Positions 17,479 to 25,269 of a stretch of DNA of 28,150 nt are shown here, piece by piece. Made by a program: the position numbers and the translations under genes. The DNA is taken from contig CAZXCF010000002.1 in NCBI GenBank assembly GCA_964638995.1, positions 1 through 28,150 on the forward strand, written 5' to 3'. Positions within the stretch are counted from its first letter, which is position 1. Each line of letters opens with the position of its first letter. Source of the DNA: Candidatus Woesearchaeota archaeon. GTDB lineage: Archaea; Nanobdellota; Nanobdellia; Pacearchaeales; GW2011-AR1. The notes below the pieces were generated by a model. It saw nothing but the letters and a program-made list of their open reading frames with translations. It made no database searches and had not been told where the DNA came from.

Positions 17479-17561
17479 AAACACTAAAATTTTCACCGGA
17501 GGCAAAAAGCAAGCTTTTAGTTGCTTTGTCAAACAAATGGAGGTTTTTGTCAAAACAATGA
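17475..17561 (+). other. Repeat-encoded coupled mini-ORF C, 28 aa (MKTLKFSPEAKSKLLVALSNKWRFLSKQ)
   Basis: 83-bp unit differing from A at 3 positions; its TGA overlaps ATG 17558. Confidence 0.7.
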
Positions 17562-18061
17562 ACTTTCAATTTTATTTGGAAAAACTATTTGATTCGGAAG
17601 TGTTTAAAAAGTTCAAAGAAGAAAATAAAGATGCATATTTTTGTTCGGGTTTTTTTTCAATTGATAAAAAAGGAAAAGATAATAAAACAAATTTAGATTA
17701 CTATGTTCCCTCTACAAAAAAGTGGTTTAGTTTTCATTTGGATGGCGAGGTTAGTTTGAATAACTTAGAAAATTATGATGAAAGAGTCCCAGAAAAACTT
17801 TCTGATAATTTTGATTTTGATTTTAACGATGTTGAAAAAATTATTTTAGATAAAATCGAAAAAGAAAAGATAAATAAAAATATTGAAAAAATTTTGTTTT
17901 CTTTACAGAAATTAGATGGTAGAGATTATCTTGTATGCACTGTTTTTATTACAGGATTAGCTTTATTAAAAATAAATATTGCTTTAGAAAATAAAGAGAT
18001 TACAGATTTTGAAAAAAAGAGTTTTTTTGATATGTTAAAAATAATTAAAAAAGACAAATAA
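17558..18061 (+). CDS. Hypothetical protein (167 aa, MNFQFYLEKL...)
   Basis: Open frame of ordinary composition. The ORF-track extension to 17438 is repeat sequence. Confidence 0.8.
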   Translation: MNFQFYLEKLFDSEVFKKFKEENKDAYFCSGFFSIDKKGKDNKTNLDYYVPSTKKWFSFHLDGEVSLNNLENYDERVPEKLSDNFDFDFNDVEKIILDKIEKEKINKNIEKILFSLQKLDGRDYLVCTVFITGLALLKINIALENKEITDFEKKSFFDMLKIIKKDK

Positions 18062-18345
18062 ATTTTAGAGTGAGAATTTTTTTCTTGATTGAATATTTTT
18101 GCTAAAAGAGTTTTGTTTCTTAAAATATTTTTTGTTTTATTTATCGCTTTTCCAGAATTTATTTTTTTATTGTAAAAATCTTCAATTATAAAGAATACTT
18201 TCATTCCTTTTTTATTAAGATATTTTGTATTTGTTAAGTCTTCTTGAGAATATAACTTAGGAATATATTTTCTAGAAAATTTTTTGGAAAGGCCAATTTC
18301 TCTTAATCCTCTATAGATGTAACCTTCTTCTTTATTGATTTTCAT
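17926..18345 (-). CDS. Basic hypothetical protein whose 3' end overlaps the convergent gene; possibly frameshifted
   Basis: ATG 18345 has TTTTAAAA about 21-28 nt upstream. The last 136 nt run antisense to 17558..18061. Confidence 0.4.
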   Translation of the reverse strand: MKINKEEGYIYRGLREIGLSKKFSRKYIPKLYSQEDLTNTKYLNKKGMKVFFIIEDFYNKKINSGKAINKTKNILRNKTLLAKIFNQEKNSHSKIYLSFLIIFNISKKLFFSKSVISLFSKAIFIFNKANPVIKTVHTR

Positions 18346-18436
18346 ATTATTTTGTATTTTAAGTATTTTAAAAGAATTATTGTGATTTTTTTGAGGTATT
18401 CTTCTTTTATTTCTGAGTAATGAGAAATGATGAATG

Positions 18437-18621
18437 TTATTTTGGTTTTTTAGCAATAAAATTAATCATTGGTAAGAAAACAGCGTTTTCTTGAAACAAT
18501 CCATCTTTCCTTTGGCACTGAAGCAATCATCTAAAAAATCTCGATTGATGATAGTTTGGTTCAAGACTGATTAGTTTATTATGAAATATTATTTTGGTTT
18601 TTTAGCAATAAAATTAATCAT
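18437..18621 (-). repeat. Exact 33-bp duplication of the methyltransferase 3' end (18437-18469 and 18589-18621) flanking a 119-bp structured insert
   Basis: atgattaattttattgctaaaaaaccaaaataa occurs twice on the minus strand. The insert contains the perfect hairpin aagaaaac-agc-gttttctt (18474-18492). Confidence 0.93.
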
Positions 18622-19200
18622 CATTTCGGAGTTTTGAGTTTTGAATATTCTGAAACCCTCTCTTTCAAATTCTTGGTGGATTTCTTTTTCATCATACAAA
18701 TAATAATATCTTTTTCCTTTATCTGTCCATCCGATCATTAGTTCTTTTCCTTTTTTCTTTTTTCTTGAAAACCTTTTAGAATTTACATTCCATACTCCAA
18801 TGTAAGCTTTTGCCCCGGGTTTTAAAACTCTAAACATTTCTTTTATTGATTTTTCACGTTTTGATTTCCCTTTAACGCAATGTAGGGCGGAAATACATAT
18901 TAAAGCATCAAAAAAATTATTTCTGTAGGGAATATTAAAAAGTTGTCCTTGTTTTGTTTCAAGAGGAATTTTTTGCCCTTTTGCTTTTTTTTCAGCTAGG
19001 TTCAGCATTTCTTGAGAAAAATCTACTAAAAACATTTTTCCTTTAGAAATTTTCATTAAATGTCTGCCTGAACCTGATCCAAGGTCTAAAACATTTCCTT
19101 TTTGTTTTCTTAAAAATTCTTCAGTTCTTTGTGCAGGAATTTGTTTATGTTCGTGCCATTCTGAGGCAATCTTTTCCCATAGTTTTTGTTGATTTTCCAT
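18589..19200 (-). CDS. Class I SAM-dependent methyltransferase, Trm9/ALKBH8-like
   Basis: VLDLGSGSGRH, FDALICISALH, RVLKPG..YIGVW, late RYYYLY..E motif resembling Trm9 RYYHL. Divergent from elp3. Confidence 0.8.
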   Translation of the reverse strand: MENQQKLWEKIASEWHEHKQIPAQRTEEFLRKQKGNVLDLGSGSGRHLMKISKGKMFLVDFSQEMLNLAEKKAKGQKIPLETKQGQLFNIPYRNNFFDALICISALHCVKGKSKREKSIKEMFRVLKPGAKAYIGVWNVNSKRFSRKKKKGKELMIGWTDKGKRYYYLYDEKEIHQEFEREGFRIFKTQNSEMMINFIAKKPK

Positions 19201-19222
19201 TTTATGTGTTATTGTAAAAGAA

Positions 19223-19228
19223 TTTAAA
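19223..19228. promoter_or_regulatory. Central TTTAAA box in the 49-bp divergent methyltransferase/elp3 gap
   Basis: The palindrome is centred at 19225.5 and the midpoint of the two ATGs is 19225. Confidence 0.55.
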
Positions 19229-19249
19229 CTTAAAAATTATCGGTTTATT

Positions 19250-20629
19250 ATGAAATCTCCAGAAAATAAAGAAATTCGTAAACCCACTAAAACAATTTCG
19301 GGAATTACTCCTGTGGCTATTATGTTACCTCCAAAAAAATGTAATCATGGGGCTTGTACCTATTGTCCAAATTTGAAAGTTCCTCAGAGTTATACCCCCA
19401 AATCTCCAGTTGTCATGAGGGCCTCTAAATTAGGTTATGATTCTTATAAGCAAGTTAAAGCTCGTTTGAAAGCATACGAAGCAATGAATCATCCCACAGA
19501 TAAAATTGAAATTATTATAATGGGGGGGACTTTTTTGGAATATTCAAATAATTTTCAGCATGAATTTATTAAAGGGATTTATGATGCTTTAAACTTTAAA
19601 AAATCTAAAAATTTAGAAAAAGCAAAGAAAATAAACGAAAATTCTAAACATAGGTGTGTCGCTTTATGTATTGAAACCCGTCCTGATAAATGTTTACAAT
19701 ACATTGAAAGAATGAGGGAGTTTGGATGTACAAGAGTTGAGCTTGGTGTTCAAATTATTGATGATAAAATTTATGAAAAAGTTTGTAGAGGACATACAAT
19801 TAAAGATGTCGTTAATGCAACAAAAGCATTGAAAGATGCAGGGTTTAAAGTAGGTTATCATATGATGCCTGGACTCCCAGGAAGTAATCCTAAATACGAT
19901 TTAAAGAAATTTAAAAAGATATTTTCTGATGAAAAATTTAAACCAGATCAATTGAAATTATATCCTTGCCAAGTTATGCCTGGAAGCGTTTTAGAAAAAG
20001 AGTATTGGAAAGGAAAATATGTCCCTTATTCAAAAGAAAAAATTGAAAAGGTTTTGATTAAAATGTTGAAATTAGTTCCAAGGTATTGTAGAGTAATGAG
20101 GGTTATGCGTGAAATTCCTCCTGAATATATTGTTGCCGGGACTAAGCATATAGATTTAAGAAAACATATTGAAGAAGAATTAAGAAAAAATAATTCTAAA
20201 ATTAATGAAATAAGATATAGGGAAATTGGATTTGCTTTAAGGGATAAGCGTGATATTAATCCGAATTTAAAATTGAAAATTACAAAATATAATGCTTCTA
20301 AAGGAAAAGAATATTTCTTAGAAATTGTTAATTCTAATGATGTTTTGTTTGGATTACTTAGATTAAGAATTTTTGGAAAGAAAAGAGAAGCGATTATTAG
20401 GGAACTCCATATTTATGGGCAGGCTTTGAAACTTGGAGAAAAAGGGAAAATTTCTCAGCATAAGGGTTTGGGTAAATGGTTAATGAACAAGGCAGGAGAA
20501 ATTGCTAAAAAACAAGATTGTAAGGAGATAAAGGTTATTTCAGGTGTTGGTGTAAGAGAGTATTATAGAAAATTGAATTATTCTTTGGAAGAAGGGAAAG
20601 GAGAGTATATGATTAAATGTTTGAAGTGA
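19250..20629 (+). CDS. elp3: Elp3 tRNA uridine(34) acetyltransferase (radical SAM + GNAT)
   Basis: KPTKTISGITPVA, CNHGACTYC, IMGGTF, ETRPD, TRVELGVQ, PDQLKLYP, RVMREIP, IRELHIYG, QHKGLG, ISGVGVREYYRKL. Confidence 0.96.
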   Translation: MKSPENKEIRKPTKTISGITPVAIMLPPKKCNHGACTYCPNLKVPQSYTPKSPVVMRASKLGYDSYKQVKARLKAYEAMNHPTDKIEIIIMGGTFLEYSNNFQHEFIKGIYDALNFKKSKNLEKAKKINENSKHRCVALCIETRPDKCLQYIERMREFGCTRVELGVQIIDDKIYEKVCRGHTIKDVVNATKALKDAGFKVGYHMMPGLPGSNPKYDLKKFKKIFSDEKFKPDQLKLYPCQVMPGSVLEKEYWKGKYVPYSKEKIEKVLIKMLKLVPRYCRVMRVMREIPPEYIVAGTKHIDLRKHIEEELRKNNSKINEIRYREIGFALRDKRDINPNLKLKITKYNASKGKEYFLEIVNSNDVLFGLLRLRIFGKKREAIIRELHIYGQALKLGEKGKISQHKGLGKWLMNKAGEIAKKQDCKEIKVISGVGVREYYRKLNYSLEEGKGEYMIKCLK

Positions 20630-20678
20630 CCTCTCAATTATAACAAATCTTTAAAATCAGAGTATTTTTGTTCTAAAA

Positions 20679-22421
20679 ATGAAAAGAGAATTAAAAAATT
20701 ATATTGAAAAGAATAAATTAAATCCTTTTAATAAAGTAAAAACTCAAGTAAAGCAAAAAACTAAAAGCATCTATAAAACTTCTGATGCAAAAAAAATTCA
20801 TAGAAAAGTTCTAAATAAAATTTCTGAAAATTTCGTTTTTTTGGATACTTCTAGTTTATTAAGTTTCTTTGAATTCGTTTTTAATGAAAATGATATAAGA
20901 GAAAGACAAGAATTTTTTAGAAGGATAAAATCTTTTGGAAGAAAGGAAAATTCTTTTTTAAAAAATTTAGAGATCCCTAGAAAAAATTGGACACCTGATT
21001 ATGATGTCGTGGTAGTTACAGAAGATGGAGATACCTTTAATGAACTAAAAAATAAGGGGATACCTTCCCAATTGATCGTTTCTGAAAATGATTTACAAGC
21101 TCTAGGAGAAAGAGATATTGTTCAAGTTTTGGATTGTGCAGAATTTTCAATTGCATTAGAGCAATTACCCCAATCTGTTTTTTTGAATTCTGTTGAAGAA
21201 GCTTATTTGGAAAGATATTTAGAAGAATTATCTGGATGGAAAAATAATTTTAAAATTTTAAGAGAAAATTCCGAGGGAGAATTAAAAGAGAAAATTGAAG
21301 AGATATATTCTTTGTTTGAATTGATTAAAGAAAATACAGGCAAAAAAATCTTGAATAGAGATGAGATTGAAGATCTTATACAGGAGATAAACGAAAAGGT
21401 AACTTATAGAGCAAAAGAATTATCTGTTACGGGTGAGAGCTTGGTTGAAATTTTAAGTAAGGGTGTTCTTCCTAAAGAAATTAAAGATATTGTTCAAGAG
21501 GAAATAAAAAAAGCCAACATTCCAGAAGAAATAATTAAAATAAAAATTCCTTTAGAAATTGATGAGGAAGAGTTAGAAAAAACAATTGCAAAACAAAATA
21601 CTGAAAAATTCTCTAGTGTATCTGAAAAAATAAAAGAAAACTCAAATAAGATAAAAGATCTTCCTGAAAGATTAAAAGAAATTTCTCAATTGATCTTAGA
21701 ACATGACTTTGTTTCAGGAATTTCAAAATTTATTAAAGATAAAGATGTTTTTCCAGAAATATCAATAGAGTTAAATCTTGAAAATTCTTATAATTTGTTT
21801 TTAGAAAGGCCTCAACCCGTTTCATTTGTTTTGAATGAGGATTATAAGGCATCTATTTTAACTGGGGCTAATTCTGGTGGAAAGACAACCTTAATGGAGC
21901 ATATAATCCAGTTTATTTCGTTAAAGCAATTAGGTCTACCTGTTAATTCAAAAGGTAAAGCTAATCTTCCTTTGTTTTCTGAAGTTTATTATTTTGCGAA
22001 AAATAAAGGAGATATTTCAAAGGGAGCTTTTGAAAATCTTTTAGATCAAATGTCAAAGATAGAGATTTTTGATGAAAATAAAGGAAAAGTTTTAATTCTT
22101 GCCGATGAAATAGAATCAGTTACTGAACCAGGAGTTGCTGGAAAAATAATTTCTGCTACTGCCGATTATTTTTTGAAAAAAGGTTGTTATTTGGTTTTTG
22201 CAACTCATTTAGGGCATGAAATTAAAAATTTCCTTCCTGAAAAAATAAGAATTGACGGTATTGAAGCACAAGGTTTAGATGAAGATTTTAATTTAATTGT
22301 TAATCATAACCCTGTTTTAGGAAGATTAGCAAATTCAACTCCAGAATTAATTGTTGAGAGGCTTGCAAAGTCAAGAAAAGAAGATTATTTTAAGCATCTT
22401 GATGAGTTTTTAAAAGGATAG
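20679..22421 (+). CDS. MutS-family ATPase with domain V and a helical N-terminal region (archaeal non-canonical MutS); no mismatch-binding domain evident
   Basis: LTGANSGGKTT, LILADEIESVTEPG, FATHLG, STPELIV. TTTAAAAT at -29..-22. Confidence 0.85.
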   Translation: MKRELKNYIEKNKLNPFNKVKTQVKQKTKSIYKTSDAKKIHRKVLNKISENFVFLDTSSLLSFFEFVFNENDIRERQEFFRRIKSFGRKENSFLKNLEIPRKNWTPDYDVVVVTEDGDTFNELKNKGIPSQLIVSENDLQALGERDIVQVLDCAEFSIALEQLPQSVFLNSVEEAYLERYLEELSGWKNNFKILRENSEGELKEKIEEIYSLFELIKENTGKKILNRDEIEDLIQEINEKVTYRAKELSVTGESLVEILSKGVLPKEIKDIVQEEIKKANIPEEIIKIKIPLEIDEEELEKTIAKQNTEKFSSVSEKIKENSNKIKDLPERLKEISQLILEHDFVSGISKFIKDKDVFPEISIELNLENSYNLFLERPQPVSFVLNEDYKASILTGANSGGKTTLMEHIIQFISLKQLGLPVNSKGKANLPLFSEVYYFAKNKGDISKGAFENLLDQMSKIEIFDENKGKVLILADEIESVTEPGVAGKIISATADYFLKKGCYLVFATHLGHEIKNFLPEKIRIDGIEAQGLDEDFNLIVNHNPVLGRLANSTPELIVERLAKSRKEDYFKHLDEFLKG

Positions 22422-22451
22422 ATTTTTATAATTGTTTTTTCTTTCAAACTA

Positions 22452-22910
22452 ATGATAACAAAAAGAGGTTTTGGTTTTGGTGTAACTTCAGCAACAATCA
22501 CTACTTTAGGGGTTTTAGTTGGATTGTATTCTAGTACCGAGTCTAAATTAATTGTTTTGGCAGGAATTCTTTCAGTTATGATTGCAGACGCTTTTTCAGA
22601 TTCTTTTGGAATTCATGTTGCAGAAGAAAGTTTTCCAAAGAAAAAACAAAAAGCAGTTTGGAAAGAAACATTTTCTACGTTTGTTACAAAACTTATTTTT
22701 GCAGGAATTTTTCTTATCCCTCTTTTGATTCTTGAATTGAAACAAGCAATAATTACGGATTTATTTTTAGGGGGTATTATCCTATCTATTTATAGTTATA
22801 ATATTGCAAAAAAAAGAAAAGATAATCCTTTGAGAACAATTTGTGAACATTTGGGAATTGGAGTTATAGTTGTAGTAATAACTTATTTTGTAGGGAAATT
22901 ATTTGTGTAG
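22452..22910 (+). CDS. VIT1/CCC1-like membrane protein (putative Fe/Mn transporter)
   Basis: GFGVTSATITTLGVLVG...ADAFSDSFGIHVAEES; about 5 TM segments. Confidence 0.8.
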   Translation: MITKRGFGFGVTSATITTLGVLVGLYSSTESKLIVLAGILSVMIADAFSDSFGIHVAEESFPKKKQKAVWKETFSTFVTKLIFAGIFLIPLLILELKQAIITDLFLGGIILSIYSYNIAKKRKDNPLRTICEHLGIGVIVVVITYFVGKLFV

Positions 22911-22977
22911 TCTTTGAGAGGTTATAGCTTGAATTAAAGAAATTGCCATTGTTTCGTGTGCAAAATGTTTTGAAAAA

Positions 22978-23796
22978 TTAAATCTTAATTTTTCCTCTTT
23001 GCCAATCTTTTAATATAAATCTGGCCGTTTTATCTTCATCAACTAGCCCACCCCTTTTCATAAAACCTTTTCTTTTCCCTAATTTTTCTATTAAGATTTC
23101 TGAATCTCCTTTTGAATCTATTTTATATTGTTTTTCTAATGCATCAGGATGTTCTTTTATTATTTTATGGACAACTAGTTCAGGCTCTTTTATTTGTGAA
23201 TAAGATTTCCCCCCTAATTTTCCGAATTGGGCTATTTTTTCTTTTTTGTGTGTTGAATATTCTTTTTTTGGAATTACTCCTGGACTGTCTAACAGAATAA
23301 TTTTGTTTCCTAGTTTTAGTTTTTGGATTCCTCTAGTGAATCCTGCTTGTGCAGCTGTTCCAGCTGAAGCTTTTCCTATTAAGATGTTGATTAGAGAGCT
23401 TTTTCCAGTGTTTGGATAACCTATTACTCCTACATTTATTTTTTCTTTTGATTTTAGTATTGATTTTGACTCTCTTTTTATAAGGTCTCTTAATTTTTTT
23501 ATTCCTTTTCTTTGTTTACATGAAATTAGGGCTTGAGGGTTTAGATTGATATCCTTTTTTTTATAAATTAAATCAGATTTGTTTAAGGCATAGATTATTT
23601 TTTTATTTAATTTTTTTATTTGTTCTTCAATTTCAATATTTCTTGTTTCTTCTGGAAACCGGGCATCTAAAATTTCTAGAAGGATATCCGATTTTTTTAT
23701 TACGTCTTGAAGTATTTCAGTGTACTTTGGTTTTTGTTTACTTACATTTTTTAGTGCTTCTCGTTTTATCTTATGCGTCTTATTTGGGATTCTCAT
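22978..23796 (-). CDS. Circularly permuted ribosome-biogenesis GTPase (RbgA/YlqF family)
   Basis: LDARFP, G4 NKSD precedes G1 GYPNTGKSS, G2 GFT, G3 DSPG, and a C-terminal ARFILKDWQRGKI. TTTATAAA at -29..-22. Confidence 0.93.
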   Translation of the reverse strand: MRIPNKTHKIKREALKNVSKQKPKYTEILQDVIKKSDILLEILDARFPEETRNIEIEEQIKKLNKKIIYALNKSDLIYKKKDINLNPQALISCKQRKGIKKLRDLIKRESKSILKSKEKINVGVIGYPNTGKSSLINILIGKASAGTAAQAGFTRGIQKLKLGNKIILLDSPGVIPKKEYSTHKKEKIAQFGKLGGKSYSQIKEPELVVHKIIKEHPDALEKQYKIDSKGDSEILIEKLGKRKGFMKRGGLVDEDKTARFILKDWQRGKIKI

Positions 23797-23896
23797 GTTA
23801 AAAGTAATTTATTCTAGTTTATAAAGATAATAATTATAAAAAATGGATTTTTTCAAAATAAGGTATTTAAATCCTTGTAATTTTTTTGCGTAGTAA

Positions 23897-23911
23897 CGAA
23901 AGATTTATATA
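23897..23911 (+). promoter_or_regulatory. BRE-TATA promoter upstream of the GT4 gene
   Basis: cgaaag followed by tttatata, flanked by the inverted repeat gtagtaa/ttactac. Confidence 0.6.
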
Positions 23912-23964
23912 GTTTACCCGTTTTTTACTACCAAGGTTAAGAAATTTTTAATTAAATTTTATCT

Positions 23965-25269
23965 ATGGAAAAATGGATGAATCAATACATCGCGGAAATG
24001 AAAAAGAATTATCAGTCAAAACTACAAAAAGAAAAATTGAATATTCTTCAAATTGGAGCTTTAGGTTTGCCGGTAAGGAATGATTTAAAATATGCAGGTA
24101 CTGAAAGGGTTATAAGTTATCTCGATAAAGAGTTTGTAAGAAGAGGTCATAATTCTATGTTTGCAGGTCCAGGTGATTCTGAACTTGAAGGGAAACTATA
24201 CGCAACTATCCCAAAAAGCTTATGGGCTGTAAAAAAAGGAGAAGGAGGAAGAGATATTCAAGAAGGCACAGGCTCTTATTCTGAACACCATAGAAAAGTT
24301 ATAGATATTGTAAAAAATGTTGATGTAGATGTTCTCCATGATCATCCTGGAATGGAGATTGTTCATTCTCCAGAATATCTTTCTAGAAAAGATGAAATTA
24401 AAGATATTCCCATACTTACAACTCTTCATGGAAAATATTTTCCAGAAACAAAGGAAAATTTTGAGAAATTTAAGGAATTGATTAAAAGAGGATACCCCAT
24501 ACATTTTAATGCGATTAGTTATTCACAAAAAAAAGAATTTGAAGATAACACTGGAGTAGAAATAAAAAATGTAGTGTATCATGGAATTCCTTTAGAGATA
24601 TTTCCCTTTCAAGAGAAACCTCAAGATTATCTTTTTTCTTTAGGAAGGATATGTGAAGAAAAAGGGCAGCATATTGCAATTGAAACAGCAAAAAAGACTA
24701 AAAGACCACTTATAATTGCAGGAGAAGTACATTCAACAAATCAAAAATATTATGAAGAAAAAGTTAAACCTTCTTTAGATTTTTCAATTTATGATTTACC
24801 TGAAGATAAGAGAGAATCCTTTAAAAATGATTTTTTATCTAAAATAGATTCAAAAGAAGATATTATTAAAGAAGGTCAAATTTATTTTATAGGGAGTGTT
24901 GATGATAAACAAAAGTCAATAGGTTATAAGAATTCTTCGGCATTTTTAATGCCTATTACTTGGCCAGAACCTTTTGGATTGGTTATGGTAGAATCTATGG
25001 CTACGGGGACACCTGTAGTTGCTTTCAATTACGGGTCGGTTAAGGAAGTTGTAGACCATGGAAAAACAGGTTATGTTATTGATAAGTCTTCAATAAAGGG
25101 AAAAGACGGCGTACCCGATTTAGAAAAAATGGTTAATCAGATGTCTTATGCAGTGGATAGCCTATCCGATATAAAAAGAAAAACTTGTAGAAAGAGAATT
25201 AAAGATTTTTTTAGCATCGAGAAGGAAGCTGAAAATTATTTAAGATTATACGATGAAATTAGAAAATAA
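23965..25269 (+). CDS. Family 4 (GT-B) glycosyltransferase
   Basis: YAGTERVISYL, LHDH, TTLHG, VYHGIP, LGRICEEKG, WPEPFGLVMVESMATGTPVV. Confidence 0.92.
   Translation: MEKWMNQYIAEMKKNYQSKLQKEKLNILQIGALGLPVRNDLKYAGTERVISYLDKEFVRRGHNSMFAGPGDSELEGKLYATIPKSLWAVKKGEGGRDIQEGTGSYSEHHRKVIDIVKNVDVDVLHDHPGMEIVHSPEYLSRKDEIKDIPILTTLHGKYFPETKENFEKFKELIKRGYPIHFNAISYSQKKEFEDNTGVEIKNVVYHGIPLEIFPFQEKPQDYLFSLGRICEEKGQHIAIETAKKTKRPLIIAGEVHSTNQKYYEEKVKPSLDFSIYDLPEDKRESFKNDFLSKIDSKEDIIKEGQIYFIGSVDDKQKSIGYKNSSAFLMPITWPEPFGLVMVESMATGTPVVAFNYGSVKEVVDHGKTGYVIDKSSIKGKDGVPDLEKMVNQMSYAVDSLSDIKRKTCRKRIKDFFSIEKEAENYLRLYDEIRK

Noticed and set aside
344-24504. Short antisense ORFs in the track (e.g. 344, 1400, 1706, 2979, 4242, 4747, 6154, 6953, 7253, 7745, 8335, 10082, 12070, 12554, 23112, 24220)
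   Set aside because: They lie fully opposite well-supported genes and are typical shadow frames with no motifs.
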